Below, piece by piece: positions 1-24,792 of a stretch of 64,000 nucleotides of DNA. Both the position numbers and the translations under genes were made by a program. The stretch is from Euglena gracilis. Its lineage: Eukaryota. The number at the start of each line of letters is the position of its first letter. The first letter of the stretch is position 1. The stretch lies in NCBI GenBank assembly GCA_039621445.1, contig CP154954.1, positions 124,001 to 188,000 of the forward strand, given 5' to 3'. The notes below the pieces were generated by a model. That model worked only from the letters and a program-made list of their open reading frames with translations. It was not told the origin of the DNA and ran no database searches.

Positions 1-79
1 ATTTTTGAGTTATTTTTTTTTTATGAAGTTTTTATGGTCAATTAAGACCTGATACTTATTTTTATTTATTTTTGTATTT

Positions 80-3335
<3,256 letters not shown>

Positions 3336-3509
3336 TTTTTGATGAGCTTAGTTTTAATTTTTTTAATTATTTTTAAATTTTTTTTTAATTATTTTTAATT
3401 TTTTTCTATTTTTTTAAGATTTTTTAACTATTTAGAAATTTTTTAGCTTTTTTTAAAACTATTTAGTTTTTATTAAATTTGATTTTTTTATTGGATTAAA
3501 TAAAAATTT

Positions 3510-7168
<3,659 letters not shown>

Positions 7169-7198
7169 TTAGCAAAATTTACTATAATTTGAGTAACT

Positions 7199-7271
7199 GG
7201 GGGTATAGCTCAGTTGGTAGAGCGTCTGCCTTACAAGCAGAATGTCAGCGGTTCGAATCCGTTTGCCCTCA
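7199..7271 (+). tRNA. trnV: tRNA-Val(UAC)
   Basis: Cloverleaf, anticodon TAC, GTTCGAATCC T-loop. Confidence 0.95.
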
Positions 7272-7287
7272 AAGGTTATTTACTTTA

Positions 7288-7359
7288 TCCTTAATAGCTC
7301 AGTGGTAGAGCAATCGGCTGTTAACCGATCGGTCGTAGGTTCGAATCCTACTTAAGGAG
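7288..7359 (+). tRNA. trnN: tRNA-Asn(GUU)
   Basis: Cloverleaf, anticodon GTT. Confidence 0.95.
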
Positions 7360-7362
7360 TAA

Positions 7363-7436
7363 GGGCTTGTAGCTCAGTGGACTAGAGCACGTGGCTACGA
7401 ACTACGGAGTCAGGGGTTCGAATCCCTTCTTGCCCG
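7363..7436 (+). tRNA. trnR: tRNA-Arg(ACG)
   Basis: Cloverleaf, anticodon ACG. Confidence 0.95.
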
Positions 7437-7481
7437 ATTGATTAGTAATTTCGTTATTTTTTATGATCATTTAATTTTTAA

Positions 7482-7565
7482 TACAGGCAGAGAGACTCGA
7501 ACTCTCACATCATAAAGACACAGGAACCTAAATCCTGCGCGTCTACCAAATTCCGCCATGCCTGC
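7482..7565 (-). tRNA. trnL: tRNA-Leu(UAG)
   Basis: Reverse-strand cloverleaf GCAGGCA...TGCCTGTA, anticodon TAG, long variable arm. Confidence 0.93.
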
Positions 7566-7636
7566 TTTATCAATATTAATAAATGTTAATATTGTTTTTT
7601 ATTTATTTTAAAACGTGTTAAATAAATTTTGTTATT

Positions 7637-8233
7637 TTATATTCTACGTCTCTTGCTAGGTCGACATCCATTATGTGGTAAGGGAGTGACATCTCTTATG
7701 CAACTTATGCGTAGACCTAAACTTTGTACGCATTTTAAAGCTGTTTCTCGTCCGGTTCCAGGTCCACTAATGTTTATCTCAACTTTTTGAAGTCCTTGTT
7801 CTATAGCTTTCTTAACGGCAATTGCAGTAGTTGTCTTTGTAGCTAACGGTGTAGCCTTTTTCGAGCTTTTAAAACCGCATGCTCCTGAAGATGACCAAGC
7901 GATTACATTTCCTTTTGGATCACTTACCGAAACTAAGAATTTAATTAGATGTATTTTCTATTATTTAATATAAAGGAAAATTTTTTTTAGTTTTATTGTG
8001 ATGATTTTTTGTATAATTTTTTTAATATTAAATCGCTTCATTATTATAAGTTGTTTTTTTAAGATATTGATTTTTAAATGCTTTTTTTTAAAGATAAAAA
8101 TTATAATAACTTTATATTACATTATATACTATTAATTTTTGATTGCATGTAAGTTTAATCCCATAATATGGACAATTCCTTTTGGAAATTTTTTTTTTGT
8201 TATTTTGATTATTTTTTTTTTTTGTTTTATCAT
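7637..8233 (-). CDS. rps11: 30S ribosomal protein S11, interrupted by about 100-nt group III introns
   Basis: MIKQKKK...PKGIVHI, then VSDPKGNVIAWSSSGACGFKSSKKATP...GPGTGRETAL...DVTPLPHNGCRPSKRRRI*. Confidence 0.93.
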
Positions 8234-8237
8234 TTTT

Positions 8238-8332
8238 TTATAAATAAATATTTCTTTTTAAGAACAAAATTTGCAAAAAGCATGATTTCCTTGAGTTTTT
8301 AATATTTATTTCATTTTTTATATTATTCACAA
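8238..8332 (-). other. Probable intercistronic group III intron between rps4 and rps11
   Basis: About 95 nt starting TTGTG just after AGGGAAAA and ending a few nt before the rps11 ATG; this intron type is known in Euglena r-protein operons. Confidence 0.6.
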
Positions 8333-8356
8333 TTTTCCCTATAAATTAATTTATAA

Positions 8357-8974
8357 TTAGACCTTGCGTGAATAGAATTCGATTACTAAAAGTTCATTAA
8401 CTATTAACGATATCGCTTTTCTATTGATTAAACCAATAATTTTTGCTTCTAAGTTTTTTTTGTTAAGAGATAAATGTGGTGGTATTAATAGTAATTCTTT
8501 AGATTCTATGTTTTTTTGTATGACATTTTCTGATACAGTACTTTTTTTAGGTTTTATAATACTTTTTGGTTGGCAAATAAAACTAGGTATATTGATAACT
8601 TTGTCATCTACACAAATGTGACCATGATTTATTAGTTGTTTTGCAGCCATTATTGTAGGTGCAAAACCTATTCGATGTACAATATTATCTAATCTCATTT
8701 CCAAAAAAGTTAGCAAAAATCTTCCGGATGATCCTTTTTTTTTCCTAGATTTTTTTACATAATTTAGAAGTTGTCTTTCGGTTATTCCGTAGTTAAATCG
8801 CAGTTTTTGTTTTTCTTTTAATCTTATGTTATATTTTGATATTTTTTTTTTCCTTTTAAAGGATGTTGCTGGTTGCCCTGGGGATTTTCTTTTCTTTGAT
8901 GTTTTATTTGTAAGACTTGGAAGTTTTCCTATTCTACGAACTATTCGCAATCGTGGTCCTCTATATCTTGACAT
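8357..8974 (-). CDS. rps4: 30S ribosomal protein S4
   Basis: Intact 205-aa ORF MSRYRGPRLRIVRR...LEMRLDNIV...ELLVIEFYSR. Confidence 0.98.
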   Translation of the reverse strand: MSRYRGPRLRIVRRIGKLPSLTNKTSKKRKSPGQPATSFKRKKKISKYNIRLKEKQKLRFNYGITERQLLNYVKKSRKKKGSSGRFLLTFLEMRLDNIVHRIGFAPTIMAAKQLINHGHICVDDKVINIPSFICQPKSIIKPKKSTVSENVIQKNIESKELLLIPPHLSLNKKNLEAKIIGLINRKAISLIVNELLVIEFYSRKV

Positions 8975-9050
8975 AGTTTTATCTATATTTTTTTTGATCT
9001 TAAATAACTTTTTCTATGTTAATTGTTTTTGTTGTTTAACATCTAATTGC

Positions 9051-9132
9051 GAGTTGTTGCCCGAGTGGTTAATGGGGGCGGATTGTAAATCCGCTAGTTC
9101 ATCTTTCGCTGGTTCGAATCCAGCACGACTCA
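9051..9132 (+). tRNA. trnY: tRNA-Tyr(GUA)
   Basis: Anticodon GTA, long variable arm. Confidence 0.94.
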
Positions 9133-9197
9133 AAATATTTTTATATTTAATCAGACAGTTTTCGAGTTATAATAAATTTTTATTATATTTTTTATAG

Positions 9198-9269
9198 GTG
9201 GGTGTAGCCAAGTGGTAAGGCAAAGGACTGTGACTCCTTCATTCGCGGGTTCGATCCCCGTCATTCACC
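9198..9269 (+). tRNA. trnH: tRNA-His(GUG)
   Basis: Anticodon GTG, G at -1. Confidence 0.94.
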
Positions 9270-9284
9270 ATCTATTAATTTTTA

Positions 9285-9356
9285 GGCTCAGTAGCTCAGA
9301 GGTAGAGCAGGGGATTCATAAGCCCTTGGTCACAGGTTCAAATCTTGTCTGAGCCA
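9285..9356 (+). tRNA. trnM: tRNA-Met(CAU), elongator-like
   Basis: Anticodon CAT, paired first acceptor position. Confidence 0.9.
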
Positions 9357-9360
9357 AACT

Positions 9361-9433
9361 GCGCTTTTAGTTCAATTGGTAGAACGTAGGTCTCCAAAAC
9401 CTGATGTAGTAGGTTCGAATCCTACAGAGCGCG
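9361..9433 (+). tRNA. trnW: tRNA-Trp(CCA)
   Basis: Anticodon CCA. Confidence 0.95.
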
Positions 9434-9460
9434 TTTATTTTTTTTCTTTATCTTAAATTT

Positions 9461-9533
9461 GCCCCCATCGTCTAGAGGCCTAGGACATCTCCCTTTCACG
9501 GAGGCAACGGGGATTCGAATTCCCCTGGGGGTA
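9461..9533 (+). tRNA. trnE: tRNA-Glu(UUC)
   Basis: GCCCCCATCG..., anticodon TTC. Confidence 0.95.
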
Positions 9534-9539
9534 ATTTAT

Positions 9540-9612
9540 GCGGGTATAGCTCAGTTGGTAGAGCGTGGTCCTTCCAAGTCCAATGTCGCGTGTTCGAATC
9601 ACGTTACCCGCT
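9540..9612 (+). tRNA. trnG: tRNA-Gly(UCC)
   Basis: Anticodon TCC. Confidence 0.95.
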
Positions 9613-9672
9613 TTTAACTTTTTGTCTTTATAGAAAGTTAATTTTTAATTTTTATGATATTTTTAATATACT

Positions 9673-12348
9673 ATGGGATGTGCGATTCGTAAAATTTGGA
9701 TCTTATTTTTAAAAAAATTTTTTGTCCATGTAAATTAAATTTTTACTCTTAATTTTCCGATATTTTAGTAGTTTAGTTTTTATTATCGAAAGAATTTTTT
9801 TATCTTTAAATTTTCTTATGTTTATAAAGAAAAATAATTTGGAACTTTAGTAGGAAATGTTTATACGATCATTTTGTAGTTTTTGTTATTTGTTTCCATG
9901 TTTTATTAAAAAATAATTTATTTATTCCTCTAATTTATTTTTGTTATTAATAAATGAATGATCATTTCATTAAAAGAATAATAAAGCGGATAAAAAAAAC
10001 GAAAAATATATATTAAATTTTATAAGGATGATTTTTTAATCAGAATTATATCTAAGTTATTTTAAGTATTTTTTGCGTTTTCTAATCTTTTAAGATTATA
10101 TAATTGAGTAGCCGTATGTTATTGAATTAACAAGTACGGTTTCGGATAAAAAACTTTTTAATTATTAAAGTTGATTTTACCTGCCTTGGTATCGTGTTGT
10201 GATTTTTAGTTTTTTACTTATAAATGATATTTATAGTTTTAAAAATTTCCTTATAGTTTATTTTTTGATTTTTTAATAAAATTTTTAAAAATATTTGTTT
10301 TACATACTGTTGTTCTTAATGATCCAGGTCGTTTGATTTCTGTTCATTTAATGCATACTGCATTAGTTTCAGGATGGGCTGGATCTATGGCCTTATATGA
10401 ACTTGCTATTTTTGATCCTTCTGATGTTGCGCTAAATCCTATGTGGCGCCAAGGAATGTTTGTTCTTCCTTTTATGACACGTTTAGGGGTAACAAAATCT
10501 TGGGGTGCTTGGAGTGTTACAGGGGAATCTTTTTCGGATCCAGGAATTTGGAGTTACGAAGGTGTAGCGGTAGCACATATAATTTTATCGGGTCTTTTAT
10601 TTTTAGCTGCTATTTGGCATTGGGTTTATTGGGACCTTGATTTATTTCGTGATCCAGCTAGTGGTGAGTTAAAGTTAGATTTACCTAGAGTATTTGGAGT
10701 TCATTTATTCTTGTCTGGAGCATTATGTTTAGCTTTTGGAGTTTTCCATGTTACGGGTGTTTTTGGTCCTGGTATTTGGGTTTCTGATCCTTATGGTTTA
10801 AGTGGGAGTGCGATTCGTTTTTAATGTTCTTTTAATAATTTTATATCGTTAAGAGATTTTTTATGAAATTTTTGTTCAATTAGGTGAAAAACCTTTTATT
10901 TTATTGAAATTATTGCGTTATCAATAAGAACGATAACTTATTTAATTTTTTAACTGTAAAAAATTAACGATTTTTGGATAGATAATCTAAATATTGGCTA
11001 TGCCATAGTTATATATTTTCTAATTAAATTTTGTATAATTTTTAATTTTTCTTCTAATAAGATTAATTTTTTAGCAAAATTGTGGATAAGTGTGTCCTCA
11101 AGAATTTCATTTAGCAAAAAAAAGCAACGAAATAATTTAGTTTCTATCTTTGACATTTTTTGATATGTCTATTTTTAACTTTTTTAGAGGGGATGATTTA
11201 AACGGAAAAATTTTTTATTAATTTTTATTGACTTAAATCACACTTATAAAAGTATCAAAATTATATTTTGATATATAAGTATTTGTTAAAATACAAGTAC
11301 TTTATAAGTGAGTAGTTAAATGATTTAAAAATTTCATATTTAATTTCGGATGAAAGATTTTTAATCTATTCTTGCAAATTGAACCTGTTATTCCTTCTTG
11401 GGGTGCTGAAGGTTTTGATCCGTATAATGTAGGTGGAATTGCTTCTTTGCGAGTTGTAAAAGTTCATACTTATGAGTTAAAATTTTTTAACTTTTTCTTA
11501 CTTTAATACCTTTTATTCAATTTTTAATTTTTAGTAATAAAAAGCCATGTAGATTTTTTTACTAAATAGCCATTTTTGTTTTATGTTAGTTATATTTTTT
11601 GCAATAATATTTGCAGTTTATTAATATTCTTGATAAAAACTTTTTTCGCCCCCCTATACAAGTTTTGTGAGAGTTTTTGGCTGTTAAAGAAGCATAAAGT
11701 GAAATACCCCTTATTTTATTTTATTTTGTTATTTTAATTTTTATTATTTGTGTATGAAAATATGAAATAATAAACTAATTAAATTGTTATTTTTTCCACA
11801 ATTTTTTTTTACACTTTGATTCGAAATTTTTGCCTAAGTTTAGTATGTACGAATATTTTGTAAATAAGTTGATTTAAAAATTTAAAAATAACGTATTTGT
11901 TTAGGTATTTTAAATCTTTAAAATTTGTCCTAAATTTAGTATTAGGAAAAATTGATAATAATAATTATTAATTAATTCTTAAAGCCGTGTGGCATTTGTT
12001 ATTTTGCATGCACGGATTTTTTGATGAAATATAGTGATTTATATTCTATCAAGGCATCATATGCTGCTGCAGGTCTTTTAGGACTTATTGCTGGTGGATT
12101 TCATGTTTTAGTTCGCCCTTCTAACCGATTGTTGTACTTTTACGTTTGGTACTTTTACGTATGGGGATATGAAACTGTTCTTTTTCTAGTAGTATAGCTG
12201 CCGGTTTTTTGGTCTGTTCATTTGTTGTTTCACGGCACTATGTGGTACGGTTCTGCTTTCTAGAAAACAACAACCTGATTGAGCTATTTGGTCCACTCGA
12301 TAACTCAATGGGATAATATAAAGGTGATTTTCAGGAAGAAATAGAACG
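9673..12348 (+). CDS. psbB: Photosystem II CP47, 5' portion with four introns; truncated at a rearrangement junction
   Basis: [37 protein letters not shown]...[33 protein letters not shown]|...FQEEIER; last exon has many indels. Confidence 0.93.
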
Positions 12349-12604
12349 TTACCTCTCTAAAATATTATAAAAAAATAATTTCATTCCAATATTTTTATGC
12401 TTTTCAATTTAAAATATTTTCTTAAAAATTAAAAAGCTATCACAGTTAAAAACAATAATTTAAGTTTAAGAAAAGATGAAATACTAAAATCCTTATCAGA
12501 ATATTCATAAAGTAAAGAAAAAGATAATTAAAGAAAAGTAAATTTAATTGCTTTATAACTAAAAAAATTATAAAATACTTATAAAGCATCTTTAAATTGC
12601 CCAC

Positions 12605-12734
12605 ATTCTGTTTTTCCTTCAATAAGTAATGAGTTATATATATTTGGCATTTTCCCAGAAGGAAAAGAAATATCCATAACAGGACCTATAATTTGCAGAA
12701 TAATACCGGTATTCAAGCGCAGACTGGATTTCAT
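12605..12734 (-). CDS. atpB: ATP synthase beta, isolated inverted copy of exon 1
   Basis: Reverse complement of 21597-21726 ([21 protein letters not shown]). Confidence 0.85.
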
Positions 12735-12801
12735 TAAACAAGGCTCAAGGGTTCCTTATAATTAAGAAATACATCGTAAAAATCATAAACACAAAGAATT
12801 T

Positions 12802-13385
12802 TTATAAAGGTCCAGAAATGCCTTGTTTACGTATCATTAAAAAATGTCCTAACATAAAAGTAGCTGTTAACAAAGGTAAAACAAATGTATGTAAACTATA
12901 AAAACGAGTTAAAGTAGACTGTCCCACACTAACACTTCCTCTCAATAACTCAACAATAAAATTTCCAATTAATGGAATAGCTTCGGGAACACCTGTTACA
13001 ATTTTAACTGCCCAATAACCAACTTGATCCCAAGGTAAAGAATAACCTGTAACACCAAAAGAAACAGTTAAAATTGCCAAAATTATACCCGTAACCCAAG
13101 TTAACTCTCTAGGTTTTTTAAACCCACCAGTTAAATAAACTCGGCAAACATGTAATATCATCATTAAAACCATCATACTAGCGGACCAACGATGAATTGA
13201 ACGAATAAGCCACCCGAAATTAACTTCATTCATAATATATTTAACAGAAAGAAAAGCTTCTGTAACAGTTGGACGATAATAAAAAGTCATTGCAAAACCA
13301 GTAGCTACTTGAATAATAAAACAAGTAAATGTTATGCCACCAAGACAATAAAAAATGTTTACGTGAGGAGGAACATATTTACTGC
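12802..13385 (-). CDS. petB: Cytochrome b6, isolated inverted copy of the last exon
   Basis: [16 protein letters not shown]...[10 protein letters not shown], same protein as 20946-21529. Confidence 0.9.
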
Positions 13386-14010
13386 AAAAACTAGTCATTT
13401 AAAAAATGATTGTTTTCCAACCCTACAAGATTGAAAAATAACTAATCAAATAATCAAAAGGCTTTTTATAAAAAAATTATTATTAAAAAATAGTTTTATC
13501 GATCTTTTATATAAACTTTTAAAAAGTCTCTGAATTATAAAAAATTTATTTAGTATTATAAAAACAACAAATATACAAACATTCAATAAATATTTAAAAA
13601 AATAAAAATAACATTAAATAATTAAAAAACATATATATTTTAAACAATTTAGAACTTTTTAAACTACTAATATTTTATCATAAACATTTTACTAACCAAC
13701 AAATCTATAAAATTTCAAATAAAAAAGTATTCTTAAAATTTTTTAATAAAACATAAAAAATAATATAAAAATTTTCAATTTTTCTAATATTTTCCAAATT
13801 TAATTTATAAAACTGAATAAATTTATTATAAATTGTTTGGTATTCTCGCATTTTAAAAAAATGAACAAGAAGCAATAAAATAAATACCAGATTAAATCCA
13901 AAAATAAACTATAATTTAAACATTACTAAAATTTTTTCAAAAATTAAATAAAAGTAGTAAATAAAACTTATAATAAAACAATTTCTATTATATTTAAATA
14001 AAAAGAATTA

Positions 14011-16133
<2,123 letters not shown>

Positions 16134-16200
16134 TAAACAAGGCTCAAGGGTTCCTTATAATTAAGAAATACATCGTAAAAATCATAAACACAAAGAATTT

Positions 16201-18292
16201 TTATAAAGGTCCAGAAATGCCTTGTTTACGTATCATTAAAAAATGTCCTAACATAAAAGTAGCTGTTAACAAAGGTAAAACAAATGTATGTAAACTATAA
16301 AAACGAGTTAAAGTAGACTGTCCCACACTAACACTTCCTCTCAATAACTCAACAATAAAATTTCCAATTAATGGAATAGCTTCGGGAACACCTGTTACAA
16401 TTTTAACTGCCCAATAACCAACTTGATCCCAAGGTAAAGAATAACCTGTAACACCAAAAGAAACAGTTAAAATTGCCAAAATTATACCCGTAACCCAAGT
16501 TAACTCTCTAGGTTTTTTAAACCCACCAGTTAAATAAACTCGGCAAACATGTAATATCATCATTAAAACCATCATACTAGCGGACCAACGATGAATTGAA
16601 CGAATAAGCCACCCGAAATTAACTTCATTCATAATATATTTAACAGAAAGAAAAGCTTCTGTAACAGTTGGACGATAATAAAAAGTCATTGCAAAACCAG
16701 TAGCTACTTGAATAATAAAACAAGTAAATGTTATGCCACCAAGACAATAAAAAATGTTTACGTGAGGAGGAACATATTTACTGCAAAAACTAGTCATTTA
16801 AAAAATGATTGTTTTCCAACCCTACAAGATTGAAAAATAACTAATCAAATAATCAAAAGGCTTTTTATAAAAAAATTATTATTAAAAAATAGTTTTATCG
16901 ATCTTTTATATAAACTTTTAAAAAGTCTCTGAATTATAAAAAATTTATTTAGTATTATAAAAACAACAAATATAAATACATTCAATAAATATTTAAAAAA
17001 ATAAAAATAACATTAAATAATTAAAAAACATATATATTTTAAACAATTTAGAACTTTTTAAACTACTAATATTTTATCATAAACATTTTACTAACCAACA
17101 AATCTATAAAATTTCAAATAAAAAAGTATCTATAATTTAAAACATAAAAAATTTTATAAAACAAATTAAAATGTAAAAAAAAATTTATTAATAAAAACAA
17201 TTAATTATCTTAAAATTAAGACTAAATATTTATAAACTAAAGCATTTATTCATTAAGATTTTTGTAAATAAATAATCATAATCTAGAATTGAAAAATAAT
17301 AATACAAACCAAATCGCACTAACATCGTCAGCAATCGCTTGAATCTCCAATCTTTCCTCGTACAGGTAAGCAAGCTCCCTTAAAAACAAAACAAGATATA
17401 GATAATCATTTTGCTTTATAATTCTTAAAAACGAATACCAGTTAAAATTCCATATTAACAAATACAACAAATCGCAATTAAAATAAGAATTTTATTGAAT
17501 TTTTTCCTACCTTAATAAAACCGTTTAATAGAATCCTAAATATAATTTTTTAATTTTGTAAAAATATAAAAGAAATGATATTCAAATTATTATATCTTAA
17601 AAAATTAATTCAGAGAAGCTACAACTTAGAAAAACACAACTACAATTATTTAAAATGAATTAAAGTATAACTTTATTATAATACTTTATTCGCAAACTGA
17701 AAAAATATTACTACATATACACAGCTTTTGTCAAAACTAAAATTATCTAAAATTAGATAAGCGATCTTTATAACTCGTAACAAAAATAAAAATTTTTATT
17801 TTCTTTTGAAACTTACAGGTAATTTTAAATATTGATTCTTTTAAGAAATAACATTTAATTTAATAAAAATTAAAATATATAAAAAATATTATGTATTTCC
17901 AATTATTTTTAATCAATATTTAAACTTAGATTAAAATAGTACTTAGAAATTTTTATTAAATTTTTGATTCAAATTATAATATCCTAAAACAAAAACATAA
18001 AACTTTAAGTTAACCCTTTTTTCAAAAAAAAAATAGTAAAAATTATACTGTAACAAACAAAGTTTTTTCCATTACCGAAAAAGTTTAACAAGCAAAAAAT
18101 TTGCTATTTAACATACAAATGCTAAATTACGGAGCAATAAAATAATTAAAATTTTATAAATAACTTTCTAAATTTATATGAAATTAGGCTTCAAACTATC
18201 AAATAGCTAAAAAACGCTAAGTAAAAATCTTCAGGAATTATAACCTAATATGCTAAATTCGGTCCGCACAACCAATCGTAAACTCGACTCAT
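16201..18292 (-). CDS. petB: Cytochrome b6, complete inverted copy with two introns
   Basis: Mirror image of 19440-21529. Confidence 0.92.
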
Positions 18293-18551
18293 AAAAAGAG
18301 AAACTTATCAAACAAGAATTAAAATTTCAAGTATGCATTATAAAGATAAAAGAATTCATTATACCTAACTTCATGCAATATAAATACACAAAAAATTTTA
18401 TATTAAAAACTTAAAATTCTCAAATATATACGAATATAAATAAAACACATTAAATCAAAACCAACAATTTTCGAATTGGAATAAAAATTCTTTAATTTTA
18501 AAAAGTCAGCCAAAAATAATATACTAAAATAAAAGTAATATAAATTTTTAT

Positions 18552-18686
18552 TTAAAATAATATCATTTTTTATCAACTATTTTTTTAGGTTTTTTTATTA
18601 TAAGTACAACAATATACTCAATTTACATGGGATTTGGTCCAATGTCAAGAAAACTTAAAGATCCTTTTGAAGAACATGAAAATTAA
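18552..18686 (+). CDS. psbN: PsbN (start codon not resolved)
   Basis: ...STIFLGFFIISTTIYSIYMGFGPMSRKLKDPFEEHEN*. Confidence 0.85.
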
Positions 18687-18737
18687 AATAAAATAGGTAA
18701 TTTCAAAAGAAAGTTAAAAATTATTAAATTTAATATT

Positions 18738-18950
18738 ATGACAACTATTTCAAAAAACAAAACATCAAATTCTAAAGGTAAAACAACTACTTTAGGAACA
18801 ATATTAAAACCTTTAAATTCTAAATATGGAAAAGTTCTTCCTGGCTGGGGGACAGCTGGAATAATGTTAATTTTTATGACTTTATTCGCAATTTTTTTAA
18901 CAATAATTTTAGAAATATACAACTCTTCAGTAATTCTTGACATTAAATAA
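18738..18950 (+). CDS. psbH: Photosystem II PsbH
   Basis: [23 protein letters not shown]...[11 protein letters not shown]. Confidence 0.96.
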   Translation: MTTISKNKTSNSKGKTTTLGTILKPLNSKYGKVLPGWGTAGIMLIFMTLFAIFLTIILEIYNSSVILDIK

Positions 18951-19046
18951 AATGAAATAAATAACAAATTAAAACTGTTGTGAAAATTTCATTTTATTTA
19001 TTTTTTATTTCTTTTTCTTTTTAAAATTTTTATTAACTTTTTTATT

Positions 19047-19180
19047 TTAATTTTCATGTTCTTCAAAAGGATCTTTAAGTTTTCTTGACATTGGACCAAA
19101 TCCCATGTAAATTGAGTATATTGTTGTACTTATAATAAAAAAACCTAAAAAAATAGTTGATAAAAATGATATTATTTTAA
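19047..19180 (-). CDS. psbN: PsbN, mirror copy (start not resolved)
   Basis: Reverse complement of 18552-18686. Confidence 0.85.
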
Positions 19181-19439
19181 ATAAAAATTTATATTACTTT
19201 TATTTTAGTATATTATTTTTGGCTGACTTTTTAAAATTAAAGAATTTTTATTCCAATTCGAAAATTGTTGGTTTTGATTTAATGTGTTTTATTTATATTC
19301 GTATATATTTGAGAATTTTAAGTTTTTAATATAAAATTTTTTGTGTATTTATATTGCATGAAGTTAGGTATAATGAATTCTTTTATCTTTATAATGCATA
19401 CTTGAAATTTTAATTCTTGTTTGATAAGTTTCTCTTTTT

Positions 19440-21529
19440 ATGAGTCGAGTTTACGATTGGTTGTGCGGACCGAATTTAGCATATTAGGTTATAATTCCTG
19501 AAGATTTTTACTTAGCGTTTTTTAGCTATTTGATAGTTTGAAGCCTAATTTCATATAAATTTAGAAAGTTATTTATAAAATTTTAATTATTTTATTGCTC
19601 CGTAATTTAGCATTTGTATGTTAAATAGCAAATTTTTTGCTTGTTAAACTTTTTCGGTAATGGAAAAAACTTTGTTTGTTACAGTATAATTTTTACTATT
19701 TTTTTTTTGAAAAAAGGGTTAACTTAAAGTTTTATGTTTTGTTTTTAGTATATTATAATTTGAATCAAAAATTTAATAAAAATTTCTAAGTACTATTTTA
19801 ATCTAAGTTTAAATATTGATTAAAAATAATTGGAAATACATAATATTTTTTATATATTTTAATTTTTATTAAATTAAATGTTATTTCTTAAAAGAATCAA
19901 TATTTAAAATTACCTGTAAGTTTCAAAAGAAAATAAAAATTTTTATTTTTGTTACGAGTTATAAAGATCGCTTATCTAATTTTAGATAATTTTAGTTTTG
20001 ACAAAAGCTGTGTATATGTAGTAATATTTTTTCAGTTTGCGAATAAAGTATTATAATAAAGTTATACTTTAATTCATTTTAAATAATTGTAGTTGTGTTT
20101 TTCTAAGTTGTAGCTTCTCTGAATTAATTTTTTAAGATATAATAATTTGAATATCATTTCTTTTATATTTTTACAAAATTAAAAAATAATATTTAGGATT
20201 CTATTAAACGGTTTTATTAAGGTAGGAAAAAATTCAATAAAATTCTTATTTTAATTGCGATTTGTTGTATTTGTTAATATGGAATTTTAACTGGTATTCG
20301 TTTTTAAGAATTATAAAGCAAAATGATTATCTATATCTTGTTTTGTTTTTAAGGGAGCTTGCTTACCTGTACGAGGAAAGATTGGAGATTCAAGCGATTG
20401 CTGACGATGTTAGTGCGATTTGGTTTGTATTATTATTTTTCAATTCTAGATTATGATTATTTATTTACAAAAATCTTAATGAATAAATGCTTTAGTTTAT
20501 AAATATTTAGTCTTAATTTTAAGATAATTAATTGTTTTTATTAATAAATTTTTTTTTACATTTTAATTTGTTTTATAAAATTTTTTATGTTTTAAATTAT
20601 AGATACTTTTTTATTTGAAATTTTATAGATTTGTTGGTTAGTAAAATGTTTATGATAAAATATTAGTAGTTTAAAAAGTTCTAAATTGTTTAAAATATAT
20701 GTTTTTTAATTATTTAATGTTATTTTTATTTTTTTAAATATTTATTGAATGTATTTATATTTGTTGTTTTTATAATACTAAATAAATTTTTTATAATTCA
20801 GAGACTTTTTAAAAGTTTATATAAAAGATCGATAAAACTATTTTTTAATAATAATTTTTTTATAAAAAGCCTTTTGATTATTTGATTAGTTATTTTTCAA
20901 TCTTGTAGGGTTGGAAAACAATCATTTTTTAAATGACTAGTTTTTGCAGTAAATATGTTCCTCCTCACGTAAACATTTTTTATTGTCTTGGTGGCATAAC
21001 ATTTACTTGTTTTATTATTCAAGTAGCTACTGGTTTTGCAATGACTTTTTATTATCGTCCAACTGTTACAGAAGCTTTTCTTTCTGTTAAATATATTATG
21101 AATGAAGTTAATTTCGGGTGGCTTATTCGTTCAATTCATCGTTGGTCCGCTAGTATGATGGTTTTAATGATGATATTACATGTTTGCCGAGTTTATTTAA
21201 CTGGTGGGTTTAAAAAACCTAGAGAGTTAACTTGGGTTACGGGTATAATTTTGGCAATTTTAACTGTTTCTTTTGGTGTTACAGGTTATTCTTTACCTTG
21301 GGATCAAGTTGGTTATTGGGCAGTTAAAATTGTAACAGGTGTTCCCGAAGCTATTCCATTAATTGGAAATTTTATTGTTGAGTTATTGAGAGGAAGTGTT
21401 AGTGTGGGACAGTCTACTTTAACTCGTTTTTATAGTTTACATACATTTGTTTTACCTTTGTTAACAGCTACTTTTATGTTAGGACATTTTTTAATGATAC
21501 GTAAACAAGGCATTTCTGGACCTTTATAA
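19440..21529 (+). CDS. petB: Cytochrome b6; exons about 19440-19462, 20372-20412 and 20946-21529
   Basis: [27 protein letters not shown]...; introns start with GTGCG. Confidence 0.96.
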
Positions 21530-21596
21530 AAATTCTTTGTGTTTATGATTTTTACGATGTATTTCTTAATTATAAGTAACACTTGAGCCTTGTTTA

Positions 21597-24642
<3,046 letters not shown>

Positions 24643-24792
24643 AATTATTATTGACGTATTGTAAATAATTTTTAACTATATCTTACTTAAAAAGCTTTTA
24701 TTAATATTTATTTAGTTATGCTTTGTTGAGTAAACATAATGTTTCCACTTTGTTTTTTTAGTTTGACTACGAAAAATTATAATTTTTTTACA

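Noticed and set aside
1-79. Possible 3' end of rpoB
   Set aside because: Expected from gene order but too short and noisy to support
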